This document shows, in pieces, positions 1 to 18,399 of a stretch of 64,000 bases of DNA. This DNA comes from the human T2T-CHM13v2.0 reference genome, Homo sapiens. Position 1 is the first letter of the stretch. Each line of letters opens with the position of its first letter. Both the position numbers and the translations under genes were made by a program. The stretch is from NCBI RefSeq assembly GCF_009914755.1, contig NC_060933.1; one strand, given 5' to 3'. The notes under the pieces were generated by a model. It had not been told where the DNA came from. It saw only the letters and a list, made by a program, of their open reading frames with translations, and did no database searches.

Positions 1-490
1 GGTTTCATTTTCCTTTTATTTAAAGAATTTTCTTTAGAAATTATTTTAGAGCAAGATTTGTTGACAAGAAATTATCTCAATTTACATTCATTTGACAATA
101 TCTTTATTTCACCATCTCAATAAAAATTAATAAAAATAAAAAATAAAAACATTATGTTTTTTCCTTTGGCCTCCAAAGTTTTTATTTTGAAATCCACCAT
201 CATTCAAATTATTCTTCCCTTATAAGTAGTAGAAGGATTTCTGTGACTGTTTTCAAGAATTTTTACTTTGTCTTTAGTTCTCAGTATTTAATTATGATTT
301 GTCTTGGAATTGACTTCTTTATTGTTTAAGCTTTGCTCATCTTCTTAGGTATGTAAGTTTATGTATTTTGCCAATTTTGTGGGGTTTTTGACTCTATGTC
401 TTCAAATATTTTCTTCTGTACTACAGCCTTTCTCTCTCTCTGGGACTCTAACGACACAAATATTAGACCTTTTAGTATTGGTTCACTCAG
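1..490 (-). mobile_element. Old L1M LINE fragment (L1MC/MD/ME-like)
   Basis: T-rich antisense L1 sequence ('tttggcctccaaagtt...gttttcaagaattttt...tctttagtt'), similar to the L1M copy at about 49200-49650. Confidence 0.7.
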
Positions 491-559
491 CAGAAACGCT
501 GATCTCTCTCCCATCCAGATTCCTCCGTGCTCCAGGGTTTCTCAGGCCTCGGCACTTTT

Positions 560-900
560 CACATCTTGTTTCCCTTACCTAGCCTCCCCTTCCTGTTTCC
601 CCACCCCACTTTCCTGCTGCCTAGCAAGCTTCTACTCATCCTTGAAAATCCACTTCAGGAATGTCATGCTTTGTGGCCTGTCTTTGATCACCTAGAGTGA
701 GTTAATTCCAGCCTCCAACCCTTGTAGAGTCCGTGTGTGCTTATTGACCTTTTTGTACTTTAGTTTGCTGGGTCTGTGTCAGTGTCTCTGAGCCTTGGTT
801 CTCAGGAGCTCAGGTCTACTGTGTCTTATTATGTCCTCAGTGCTGGGCACAGTGTCTGGCATCTAGAATAGGCTCAACCAGAGGCTGAGCAGTCAGTTTG
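560..900 (+). mobile_element. L2 3' fragment
   Basis: 'ctactcatccttgaaaatccacttcagg' and 'cctcagtgctgggcacagtgtctggcat...ggctcaa' match the typical L2 3' end. Confidence 0.65.
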
Positions 901-1303
901 CTATTATTACCATATGGCTTCTTCAGCCTCCTGGATAGGTTGAGGACCAGATATAGAATGCCCATGAGCCTTTGAAACCAAGTTTTTAGTGGATATTAAA
1001 CTCATTCCATTTAACCCAACTCGCTTTTTATCTCATCTATTATTGCTCTAATGATTTTGCCTCTTGAATACCCCATTACTATTCAGAAAGGAAAAGATTG
1101 TACTGTTTCATTGTTTTTTCTCTCATAATCCAAACTATAGTATTTGCACTTGACTTTTGGTTTCCCTCAAATGTACCTTCCCATCATCTCATGTATGCCT
1201 TGGTGTTATTTTTTAAGTTATTGCTATCTTTTTGTTGGTAAGTTATTTAAAGATATTGCTATCTTTTATTTTTAAATTTAGGTAAAGTTATTACTTCATC
1301 TGA

Positions 1304-1609
<306 letters not shown>

Positions 1610-1689
1610 TAACTAGTAGTTTTAATTTTTGAGAAGCCCCCTGTACCCTTCTAAGAAGAAAAGGCAAAAAATCCAATTACTTTGAAAAG

Positions 1690-1985
1690 AAATTTGTAAT
1701 TGATACATAATATTGTACATATTTATGTGGTACAATGTGGTGTTTCAGTGCATGTATACATAGTATAATGGTCAAATCGGAGTAATTATCATGTCCATCA
1801 CTTTAAGCATTTGTCATTTCTTTGTGGTGACAACATTCAAAATCTTCTCTTAAAGTTATCTTGAAATATATACTACATTGTTACTTGCTGTAGTCACCCT
1901 ACTGTATAGTGGAACCCAGAACTTACTCTTCCAGTCTAACTGTAACTGTGTACCCACTGACCAACCTTTCCTGTCCTTCCTCCCC
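1690..1985 (-). mobile_element. L1MA 3' end fragment
   Basis: 'taattgatacataatattgtacatatttatg...catttctttgtggtgacaacattcaaaatc' is a typical antisense L1MA 3'UTR. Confidence 0.8.
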
Positions 1986-1999
1986 ATGCTGGCATATTA

Positions 2000-3957
<1,958 letters not shown>

Positions 3958-4267
3958 GGCTGGGCATGGTGGCTCACGCCCGTAATCCTAGCACTTTCCA
4001 AGGCCGAGGTGGTGGGAGGATTGCTTGAACCCAGGAGTTCAAGATCATCTTGGAAAACAAAGTGAGACTCCATCTTTACAAAAATTTTAAAAAGTTAGCT
4101 TGCGATGGTGGTGTGTACATGTGTTCTCAGCTACTTGGGAGGCTCAGGTGTGAGGATCACTTCAGCCCAGAAGGTTGAGGCTGCAGTGAGCCAGGGATGG
4201 CGCCACTGCTCTCCAGCCTGGGTGACAGAGCAAGACTCTGTCTCTGAATGAATGAATGAATGAATGA
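3958..4267 (+). mobile_element. AluJ with (GAAT)n tail
   Basis: AluJ-type right arm 'ggttgaggctgcagtgagcc'; the tail is replaced by GAAT repeats. Confidence 0.9.
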
Positions 4268-4459
4268 AGCTGATGAGAATGGAGCGGATAGTGGATGATT
4301 GCAGTGACCATATTTATTGAGGTGGTGGGAGGGTGGGGATCTACAATAGGAGTAAAGTGGGTCTTTGATGAGCACACAGAAGGTTTACCCACTATCAAAG
4401 ATGGGGAGGCACATGTGGAGGTGGCTGCAGGGAGGTTGGTAGATTTGGTGGTTCCCTTT

Positions 4460-4461
<2 letters not shown>

Positions 4462-4502
<41 letters not shown>

Positions 4503-4548
4503 CTCTCTGTCTCTCTCTCTCTCTCTGTCTCTGTCTCTCTCTCTCTCT
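4462..4548. repeat. Compound microsatellite (AC)n-(TC)n
   Basis: Directly visible; it explains the HTHT/LSLS and ERER/CVCV ORFs. Confidence 0.97.
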
Positions 4549-5513
4549 CCACACATCCCCACCCTCCCACCATGCCTGCAGTGCAGGGTACAAGGAGGAA
4601 ATGATGGGCTGTGAAGCTGGAAGGGTGGGTGGGGAATGGATATTGTGGAGAAGCTCTTCCATTCACCTAAGGAGTTTGGATCTCATTCTTGGGCAGAGGG
4701 GAGCCCTGGTGGCTAGTAATTATGGGAAGAGCCTGATCTTCTGTGGGATGTGGAGGCAGCAGGAACTCCAGTGGGGCAGGGCTGGTTGGGAAAACCTGGG
4801 GCACAGAGGCTGCTGCCAGGGCCAGGTGAACTCTACTTCTTTATTCTGTCAATACGTTGTTAACACGTACTTTTCTGAAATTGAATAGATTCTTATAGAT
4901 GATTGAAGAAAATCAAATTAATTCAAGTAGTCATGAAGCAGAACTATGTTAGCTGCCAGGCAAGCAGCTGATTTCCTTTAATAAGATGAATCATTAATGG
5001 GTTGGGAGATTTAGGCCTTCGTGTGCAGTAAGGGAGGAAACAGATATGAGTGGGAGAAAATGTGAGGTATTTTGGAACCACAACAATCCTGTTAGTTACT
5101 CTTAATACCCTTAGACCTTCTGTAGGCACTGTTGATATCTTTTAACAGATGAAGGAGGAGAGTCCAGGGCATTTCAGTCACTGCTCATAGCACCCAGAAA
5201 ATCAGTTGGTAGACCTAGGATTTAAATGGTGTTCTTGAATTTCTAGTTCTTTACTTGGTCCTTGGACTGAAGCAAAGTGAGAAATCTTGGCGATAAACCA
5301 CCTGCAGGACTGGGGACATATCACTTAGGCTTTAATGTTCAGGTCCACACTATTTCACAAAATTTCTACAATCTAAAGTGGGGATTACTTGGCTACCAGC
5401 ATCAGGGGAAATGTGACACTGCAGTTACTTATTAGATTCTCATTTTAAGGCCCTCTGTGGAAGAGAGGATCTCACCAGCATATACTTGGTTAATAAGTAA
5501 AACATGGATCTTG

Positions 5514-6425
<912 letters not shown>

Positions 6426-6891
6426 AAGTCTAAATATTTTAAGAGGCATCCTGAGTTCAGAAATGCTAAAATGGGGCAGGGGGTAGGAATAGTAAGGAGA
6501 GAAAGTGTGTCTTAGAACTAGGAATTGAGTAGCTTAAATTTTTGTTTAACATGAAATTCTGGAAAAGTTTGTCCTTTAAAAACAAACTTATATTTTCATT
6601 GAAGTTTAGTTTTAAGTGTTTTACTGATAATCCTGACTCCAAAGATTGGTTTTAGGGTTAAATGAGATAATGTATGTAAGGCATTTAAAGCAGTTCCCAG
6701 CACATAGTGAAGGCTCAATAAATATTCATAGTAAATTGTAATTACTGTTATCTTAATATACTTTCCAGGGAGCAGTAGATTTTTTGAAGTATTCCCAATT
6801 GTTAAATGTTACCTTTTACTTGGTAACATTTCTTTTTTTTCTTTCTTTCTTTTTTTTTTTTTTTGCAGTAATATCTTCAAATACTTTAGAA

Positions 6892-7522
<631 letters not shown>

Positions 7523-7764
7523 CTTTAGAAGTATTTCTAATTGTAAAAAAGTTACTTTTTAGTTGGTAGCATATTTTTTATTAGCAAGAAGAAGACATAG
7601 ATTTTAAATTAAATTATTAATATGCAAAAAAATGAACTTATTGAATGTCTAATTGAGTGTGGCACTGGCTCAGTGCTAATCAGAGAAAACCTGTCTTACC
7701 CACAGATGTGGTCCTGCCTGTTGGCTGTTATAACCCATGGCGGACACTACAGAAATGACCACTA

Positions 7765-7985
7765 ACATTGAGCCACATCATAATGTGCACATATGCCAGA
7801 GTTGCTTCTAAGCAATGTACCTTTAATCCTCATTTCATCTTCCCAGCAACCCCGAGTTAGGAACTCGTATCATTTCCTTTTCAGAGACAAAAAAACTGAA
7901 GCCCATGTACTCAGTTGGCAATGGTAGAGTGGAATTTGAGCTCACCGCCCGACTCCAGAGTGGTGCCCTTAATTACGATGCTGTA
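7765..7985 (-). mobile_element. MIR
   Basis: 'tttcatcttcccagcaaccc...ttttcagagac...aaactgaagcc' is antisense MIR core. Confidence 0.65.
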
Positions 7986-8002
7986 CAGCCTCTTTCTGAT
8001 AT

Positions 8003-8550
8003 GAGGCAAACGCTATTGGTTGCCTACCCAACAACCAGTCCCACTGTCTTACTTGCTGGAAAATCCTTGACTTTGTGTGGTTGTTTACCCCTCCCTATGT
8101 GTCTGTGTGAAAGCAAATCTGGTCCACATTTCTGTGAGTTCATCCTGGTTCATCTAAGCTGATCATGGTGTTGCATTTCTCCTTGCCAAAGATTGGGTTA
8201 GGCAGGGACATTTGACAAGATTCTGGCTGCGGGAATATGAGGAGTAACTCTCTGCAGGCTTCTCAGAAAACTTTCTTCACAGGGAGACATAGACATACAA
8301 GGAAGGACACCTCTCTTCCTCCCCTGACCTGATCACATCTAGCAATGTGGCAGCAATCTGGTACCAGCCTGGGGATGACACCAATGCCAAGTAAGGCACA
8401 GCCAAGAAAATGACGGAGAAGCGGAGCTCTGACAGTCTATACTTGGAGGTGCCCATCCCTGTGCCTTTCATTCTGTGAGAGGAAAAGACCCATCATCGCT
8501 TAGGCCAGTTTGAATTGGCTTTTCTGTTACTGGTAGCCAAAGGGGTGCTC
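8003..8550 (+). mobile_element. Old MaLR LTR (MLT1J/K/L-like)
   Basis: Starts 'aggcaaacgctattggttgcctaccca', ends 'cttaggccagtttgaattggcttttctgttactggtagcc'. Confidence 0.65.
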
Positions 8551-9142
8551 ATTTGGAGCGTCCTTGCAGGCGTGCCTTGGCATGCAAAGGGTGACCGGTA
8601 TGCTGAGATCTAGCTGCCCTCAGCTGGAGTCCCACGCCCGTTACCTCCACCAGTAAGAGCCTCCTTTAATCAGGGAATATGCAGATATTTTCTCTTTGTA
8701 TCATGGCATTTAAAAGAGTGGGAAGCATTGTCTTAACTGATCAAAAACATGTAATAGAAATGTTATGTGTCAGTATGCATAGGTAATTAAAATATTTTAA
8801 AGAATGAATGTATGTTTCTAAGAAAACGTCTTTTGCCCCTCATCCTTTGGGCTGGATGATTCCCTCCAGACCTCGTTCAAGTATAATTTCCCCTGACGAG
8901 CCTTCCCTAACTTAACCAGCCATTACTTGCTCTCTCCTCAGAAGATGTTTAATCTTTCTGTTGGCACTTACTTCACTGTGATCTGATGACTGGTCTTTCA
9001 AGTCTGTCTTTGCCAGTGGACTGTAAGCTCTTGAGCGAAAGTAGTTCCTTGTTGAGAATGGCTGTCAGCTCAGAACAAGCTCATCTGTAGTAGCTAAATT
9101 AACCTAGATGTGGTAGTCATACTAGATACTGCAACTCCTAGA

Positions 9143-9678
9143 ATACTGCTTCTCAATCCTAGCTGCTTTTTAACCCCTCTCATGATTCCCATCCCTGGAG
9201 GTGGTGGTTTATTTGGTATGGGGTACAGCCCAGACATTGGTGCTTTATAGGCCTCCGTGATTCCAGTGTGCAGTCAAGTTGGGAAGAGAGTTGCAGGAAG
9301 AGAGTGACATAGCCAGAGGGAAAGACAGCAAAGACCGTTTGACAACTGTGATGACAGTAGATGTCACTGGATCCAGAGAATCCAACAAGAAGCTTGTCAC
9401 AGTAGCCCTGACGAGAGATGAACCTAGAACAAGGGTGGACCCCGTAGACATGATAATTTGAGCGGCTGCTATGGGAGATGCCTTATGTCAGTGTCATCTT
9501 AGGCAGTTATCCTCATCCTGCCTACACCAGAGAAGCCTTTTAAAAATACAAGTACTTGGATCCCACCCCAGAGATTCTGATTAAATTGATCTGGGGTAGC
9601 TTCTAGGCAGCAGTACTTTGAAATTTTTTTAAAGCTCCCCAGATGATTTTAATGAGTTGCCAAGGTTGAGAATTACTG
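9143..9678. mobile_element. Two MER5-family (hAT-Charlie) MITEs at about 9143-9295 and 9503-9678
   Basis: 'cccaccccagagattctgattaaattgatctgggg...aaagctccccagatgattttaatg...ggttgagaattactg'. Confidence 0.75.
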
Positions 9679-9941
9679 CCTTAGAAGAACAGCAGTAGGA
9701 TTCAACCTTAGTTCAATGTTAGTATCACAGGCTTCCTGACTTGAGATGTTGAGGAGAGGTTTGCATAGACCAGGGTGGGAAGAGCAGTGGCTGGGAGTTG
9801 GACATAGGGTAAGGAACAAGGAGAGAAGACAGATACTTCTTCATGGAGTTCAGTTTGAATTGACAGTGGGATCGGATATCATGACAACTTTTGGCTGTGT
9901 GTTTACACAAGCCTAACTAATGTAAGCTGGAAGACTGAGAG

Positions 9942-11710
<1,769 letters not shown>

Positions 11711-12419
11711 TGACACTGAACAGTGTCTCTAAAGGCCATTTCTATTATTTAGGTGGCTTTCTCAAATGATGTGCTATTTTAAGGCTGAACATTAAGATTT
11801 TTAATGCTAAGCACAAGAAATCCTGTTATAGGTATGTGAGGGCAGAGACCATCTTCTGGTTTCCAGCTGTATCCCTAGTGCCAAGCAGTGTCACCAGTAG
11901 CTACTAAATATTTGCTGAATGAATGGATTTTTATTCCTTAGTCAAAGAACTAATGACATACTATAGGTTATGTTTTAAAACGACATCCAAATGCTAAAAC
12001 ATGCTTGCTAACTGCAACCAAAAGCAGGTTACACATCTATTTGTTGATTTCTCTTCCCCGATGGAACATTTAACCCAGCCTTCTAGCTCTTGAATTTAAT
12101 GTGCCCATCAATTTATGTTTACCATAATAAACATGAAATCACCTCATAATTTGTAGGACTATGTTGGATCGGAACATCCAAATGTATCTGACAGAGGCAC
12201 CAAACGAGCTCTACATATGAGTTAGGATGTTCTAACTTAGAAGAAACAAAAAGTAAGAAAATGAACTACCTGGAGGACAACTCAAACTGTTTGTCATTAT
12301 ACATGTAACAAGCATGTATAAAATGTCAGATTCTATACATACTCTAAACAGTACTGTAAACAGTATCATCCTGCTCATAGATATGAACCTATTCTTTAAA
12401 ATAATTTTAGAATTAGCAT

Positions 12420-12726
12420 ATTTTATTTTATTTATTTTTGTTTTGAGACAGAATCTCATTCTGTCACCCAGGCTGTCGTGCAATGGTATAATCTCGGCTC
12501 ACCACAACCTCTGCCTCCCAGATTCAAGCGATTCTCCTACCTCAGCCTCCTGAGTCGCTGGGACTACAGGCGTGTGCCACCACGCCTGGCTAATTTTTGT
12601 ATTTTTAGTAGAAACGGGGTTTCGCCACATTGGCCAGGCTGGTCTTGAACTCCTGACCTCAGGTTATCTGCCCACCTTGGCTTCCCAAATTGCTGGGATT
12701 ACAAGTGTGAGCCATCAGGCCTGGCC
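12420..12726 (-). mobile_element. AluS
   Basis: Full antisense dimer. Confidence 0.93.
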
Positions 12727-12755
12727 GTGTTTTAGTTTATTATTTAGAAATTGTG

Positions 12756-13060
12756 GGCCAGGTGCGGTGGCTCACGCCTGTAATCCCAGCAGTTTGGGAG
12801 GCTGAGGCGGGCGGATCACCTGAGGTCGGGAGTTCGAGACCAGCCTGACCAACGTGGAGAAACCCTGTCTCTACTGAAAATACAAGTTAGCCAGACGTGA
12901 TGGCGCATGCCTGTAGTCCCAGCTACTCGGGAGTCTGAGGCAGGAGAATCGCTTGAACCTGGGAGGTGGAGGTTGTGTGTGGTGAGCCAAGATTGCGCCA
13001 CTGCACTCCAGCCTGGGCAACAAGAACGAAACTCCGTCTCAAAAAATAAAAAAAAGAAAA
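12756..13060 (+). mobile_element. AluSp/Sq-like
   Basis: 'gaggtcgggag...cctgaccaacgtggagaaacc'; TSD agaaattgtg. Confidence 0.93.
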
Positions 13061-13708
13061 AGAAATTGTGGGGCATCTTGTTTTTAATTTGCCTAGAACT
13101 GGTGGTTTGCATGTGGGTCAAATGCTCATTAAGCTTGATAAATGATGACCTAGAAATAGAGAAAATATATAAATTATCCTTATGTAACCTACATTATACA
13201 AAGTCACAGGTGTCCTCTTCTTAGATTCTGGGGTGAGACTGAAAGAATATATATAACAAAGGACAGGCATGCTCCTATTATCAGATGTCACCATTGAGGA
13301 AACATTAGAATAAGAACCCCAGCAATGGGACTTATACGTAGGTTTCTTGCCTGGGGTTGCTCACACCCTATGTTCTATCTACTGAGGCCACAAAGCAGCT
13401 TTTCCAGGCATCAGCTCTAGGGTGGAGGCACAGCAGCAGAGAGCTTAATGGCCCTGACCACGAATGGCTGGGAATGTGCCATGTCTGTGCATTTGACTCA
13501 GGCCACGTGTTCATAGACCAGCATGCACACGTCCACACCTGCTGAGTGTCTGTACTCAGGTATAGTGTTAGCACAGGTTTTTTTCTTCAGTGTGGCGGGT
13601 AAGGACTCAGGTATAAAAGCTAGGTAGTCTCAGTAAAAATAATTGGGCCAAATAGCTATTTACTACCCATGAGATCAAGGAGACGCCAGGGTAAAAGAGG
13701 CAGCAGAA

Positions 13709-14004
<296 letters not shown>

Positions 14005-14234
14005 GCAGGTAGATGATGAGGGGTGGCATTTGTGTAAATGTCGTATTACAAAGAATTGGTAAAAAGCAATTTGGTTGAAGCGACTCATAGGATAGATTCA
14101 TAGTGCTTAAACATTAATTGGCCTATAAGAAATAAAAGGTAGCTTGTCATTCATTATTTAAGCTGGTAGACACACCTCTAGCGTCTGAAATAAACATGGA
14201 GAGGCAAAGAGTTCGCTCATGGCCCAACAGACAG

Positions 14235-14390
14235 TACTAGAAGAGGGTCTAAAAGGCCCAAATTTGGATCACAGCTTGGCCACTTACCAGGTGCTTGTCC
14301 TTGGGGACGTGACCTAACCTGTTTTTGCCTCAGTTTTTCGTCTATAAAATGGGGCTGTTGAACTTAAAAGTTCTTTCCTGCTCTGGACAT
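14235..14390 (+). mobile_element. MIR
   Basis: 'ggccacttacc...ccttgggg...taacctgtttttgcctcagttttt cgtctataaaatgggg' core. Confidence 0.7.
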
Positions 14391-15261
14391 ATTATTGTAA
14401 GTGAAGTACTTTAAAGTTTTTCTAACTGCTTTCCAAAGCTGCTCTGGGCTCTCTGAAAAAATATCTTTGCTCAGGACATTTTCTTACATGGAAATATCCT
14501 CACCCTTCTATCTCTGTGAAGATTCAGCAACCTGAAGTCAGCTCACCTAGTTTCCTCAACCATCTTTTCTCTATCCCTCTCATCATAGAGTTCGTGTTAT
14601 GTTCTCTTATAGCAGTTCTTATGATCGTCATTTCTTCAACCATGTTTTAACTGCTGCGAATTCACCTCATGTATGTTCATCTTAAACTGCAGAGCCATAT
14701 TGACAACAGCTTTGGAAATTTCCGATTTGCTTTGGTAGGATTAATCTCCAACGACTTAATATTCCTTTCCCATCTGGAAACTGGATGGAATAATAGCAAG
14801 ATGGCTGCTCTGGTAGGAGCGCATTTTCCTTGTCTTCTGGGAGGAGAGATTGAGAGTATGTTAAAATGTTTTTCTTCTCAGTGTATCTCACCTTGTAAAT
14901 ATTATTTGACTTCTTAGGATGTTAAAACAAGCCATTAAAATTTATATTTCTACCTATCTATCTTATAAAATTACAGATTGTCTTCAAGCAGAGTGAGTTA
15001 AAGGTATTTCAAGCCAAACCCCAGTATATGATGCAGAACAAGGACCCAAAGTGAGGCTGAAAGGTGAACTTGCAAGTACAGGCTTATCATTTCATGGAAT
15101 ATGATTATTTAGCTATTTTAAAGCAGTTGCTTATCTACTACAGGTTACTTATTGTATGGCAAAAATGAAAACACAGATCTCTGTGGATCCAAAAACATTT
15201 TGGAAGCTATGTTAAGACATCATTTACGTTGGTTTTCACGTAAGTGCTGGGCTTTGAAGCA

Positions 15262-15400
15262 TTTTTTATTTTTTTAAGACACAGGATCTCACTGCGTACA
15301 CTGGCGTACCCTGGTGTGATTATAGCTCACTGCAACCTCCAACTCCTGGGACTAAGCAAGTCTCCCAGCTCAGCCTGTAGCTGAGCTACCACGTCTGGCC
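15262..15400 (-). mobile_element. Alu monomer (FLAM/FRAM-like)
   Basis: Short Alu-like unit flanked by TSD tgaagcattt. Confidence 0.75.
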
Positions 15401-15671
15401 TGAAGCATTTCTAGTTCTAGTTTGAAAAAAAAAAAAAACAAAAACACATTTAGAACCCTGGTTAATTGTTACATCGTTTTGTCTTCCGATTTTCCGATTC
15501 CTCAATGCTGATTCTTGGCCTAGGGTATGTATAGTGGAAATGGTGCTAAGAATGGAGGTGCTGTGTTTATCTGTGTCTGAAATATCTGGCGCTGTACAGA
15601 TGGGGGAAGTAGGGAGTAAAACCTTTCCAGATGTAAACCTCTGTGTTTTAGCAAAATAACATTATGGATTC

Positions 15672-16965
15672 TATATTAGTTTCCTGTGTCTGCTGTAACA
15701 AATTAACACGAACTTGGTGACTTTAAAACAATGGAAATGGATTCTGTCACAGTTCTGGAGACCAGAAGGCTGAAATCAGTACGACCAGTAGGCTAAAATC
15801 GAGGTGGCAGCAGGGCCACACTCCCTCCTGAGATTCCAGGGGAGAATCTTATTCCTTACCTCTTCCAGCTTCTGGTGGCCACTGATGTTCCTTGGCTTGT
15901 GGCCACATCACTCCAGTCTTCAAAGCCAACATCGCCAACATCTTTGCTATGGACTGAATGTTTATGTCCCTCCCAGAGTTGATGTGTTTAAATCCTAACT
16001 CACTGATGTGATGGGATTAGGAGGTGGGGCCTTTGGGAGGTGATTAGGTCATGAGGGTGGAGGGTGGAGCCCTCATTAATGCTATAAGTGCTTTATAAAA
16101 CACACTGAGGCTGGGCTCGGTGGCTTACACCAGTAATCTCAGCACTGTGGGAGGCCAAGGCGGGCAGATCACCTGAGATCAGGAGTTGGAGACCCGCCTG
16201 GCCAACATGGTGAAACCCTGTCTGCTGGGTGTGGTAGCGGGTGCCTGTAGTCCCAGCTACTCAGGAGGCTGAGGCAGGAGAATGGTGTGAACCCGGGAGG
16301 CGGAGCTTGCAGTGAGCCAAGATTGCAGCACTGTACTCCAGCCTGGGCGACAGAGCGAGACTCCATTTCAAAAAAAAAAAAAAAAAAGAAGACCTGGAAG
16401 TGGAGGTTGCAGTGAGCTGACTGTGCCACTGCACTTCAGCCTGGGCGACAGAGTGAGACTCTGTCTCAAAGCAAAAAGACACAAGAGCTTGTTTTCCCTC
16501 TCTGTTCTTTACCATGTGAGGATGCAATGAGAAGGCAGTCATCTGCAAACCAGAAAGAGGGTCTTCAATAAGAACCTGACCGTGCTAGCATACTGATCTC
16601 ACATTTCCAGCCTCCAGAAGTGTGAGAAATAAATTTCTGTTTATAAGCACCCAGTCTGTGGTACTTTGTTCTAGCAGCCTGAACTAAGGTCATCTTCAAA
16701 TCTCTGTCGGCACTGTCTTCACATCCCCATGTCCTCTGTCTGCCAAATCTCCCTTTGCCTGCCTCTTACAAGGACATGTGTGATTGCATTTAGGGCCCAT
16801 GCAGATAATCTAGGATAATCTGACTAACTCAAGATCCTTATTAACTTCATTACATCTGCAAAGACCCATGCTTGCTTTTCTTTTTTTCCCATAGAAGGTA
16901 ACATTCACAGTTCCAGGAATTAGGATATGAATATCTTTTGGGGAGCTGTTTTTCAGCCTTTCACA
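15672..16965 (-). mobile_element. MaLR LTR (MLT1C/D-like) interrupted by another MaLR LTR
   Basis: Starts 'tatattagtttcctgtgtctgctgtaacaaatta'; resumes at about 16692 and runs to 'aggtaacattcacagttccagg...'. Confidence 0.8.
15945..16691 (+). mobile_element. MLT1A0-like LTR containing a composite Alu (about 16109-16470)
   Basis: Starts 'tgctatggactgaatgtttatgtccc', ends 'gcagcctgaactaagg'; 5-bp TSD atctt (15940-15944 and 16692-16696). Confidence 0.82.
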
Positions 16966-17224
16966 GACTCTATTTGTTCCATATGAATCAAGTAAGCATC
17001 AAGGCTTACTGCCTCTTATATCTTCTCTCAGCCTATTCCATCCTGGTGTGATCTGAGTTAAGGGCATGGGCTTTGGGGTCAGCTAACCTGTGTTGGAATC
17101 TCTTCTGTGCTACTTACTTATTCTAGGTCTTGGGCATATTGCTTAAGTTCTTTATGCTTTTGTTTGCTCATCTGTAAATGACAGGCACTATTATACTCAA
17201 GTTTTCTGTAAACTAATTGATAAA

Positions 17225-18150
17225 TAAATTCAGCAGACACTTATTTAGGGCGTCCTATGTACTGAACACTAAATTCTTCGGCTACAGTGATGAACAAATA
17301 GAGACAGTCCCTGTCTTCAAGGGGCTTATAGTCTGGTTGGGGAGATAGATAGTTATTAAACAAATATTCTCAAAAATGGAGTACGACAAACTGGTCAGTC
17401 CTGTGTGGGAGGAATGCAGGGTTAGAGGAAACACTCCTGGCAGGGCCTTGGGGCAGGTGCCTCTGAGGCAGTGATGTAGAAGCTGAAACCTGAAGGGCAG
17501 TGGAACGTGAGCCAGGCCAGGAGTAGGAAGAAGGGCATATTATACAGGAGGACAGGCTGTGATTGGAAGCAACTTGGAACTTTGGAGGACCCGAAAGAAG
17601 TGTTCATGGAATTTAGTGACCTATGGGAAGATTGGCGTGAAATGAGATTGGCAGCATCATAAGGGCGTCAGACCAAGCAGGGCCTCATATAAATCTGAGC
17701 TTCATTCTGAGCGTATTGGGAAGCCCAGCAGGTTTAAGCAGTGGCAAGGGTGGGGACGGGGTGGGCAGGTCGTGACCTGGCTTATGTTTTGACAAGATTG
17801 CTCAGGTTTCTGGTTCTAGAATGAAGCGACAGGAGTAGTGGCAGTGGAATGGTGAGATGAGATGATGTGTGGCCGCAATCCAGGCAGGAGATGAAGGTGG
17901 CTTAGACCAGGGTGGAGAGGGTGCTGGTGGGGAAAATTGGAGAGTTCCAAGATATGCTCTGGAGAATGCAGGACTTGAGAGTTTTATATGGGGAGATGAT
18001 GAGGAAGAGGGAGATGTCAAGGGTGACTCCCGAGTTTCTGGCAGAAGCCGCTGGATGGATGGGTGCTCCATTGACTAATGTGGGGAGGACAGGAAGAGGA
18101 GCAGATTAGGAGAAAAGATTCTGAGTTCTCTGTACATGTCAGGTTTAAGA
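17225..18150 (-). mobile_element. L2 LINE fragment (a MIR lies upstream at about 17045-17195)
   Basis: 'attcagcagacacttatttagggcgtcctatgtactg...gtccctgtcttcaagggg' followed by antisense L2 body. Confidence 0.8.
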
Positions 18151-18399
18151 AGCCACTTAGCACAGTGCCTGACACAGAGCACACCATAAATAGTAGATTT
18201 TAGTAGCTTCTAATTCTGTCCATTTCAAAGTCATAATTGACCGTTGAGTCAGGAGACTTGGGTTCTAGCTCTGGCTAGTCCATGTTAGATAAATAAACCT
18301 CTTAGGGCATCAGTGTCCTCATCTACAAATTGGGGGCAGTCAGATTCGGTGCTTTTTGCGGTTTCTTTCAGCTTCAGTGTGCTGACAATGCTATGAGAT

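Noticed and set aside
1-490. Similarity to about 49200-49650 suggesting a local duplication
   Set aside because: Both are diverged copies of the same L1M region; the similarity does not extend into unique flanks.
4295-4888. Longest ORF (197 aa) and the overlapping minus-strand ORFs
   Set aside because: The frames stay open because they cross the (AC)n(TC)n microsatellite; no domain similarity or splice structure.
12161-12184. 'atgttggatcggaacatccaaatg' resembles mitochondrial 16S rRNA (possible NUMT)
   Set aside because: Only about 24 nt with several mismatches, and the flanks do not continue the alignment; compatible with chance.
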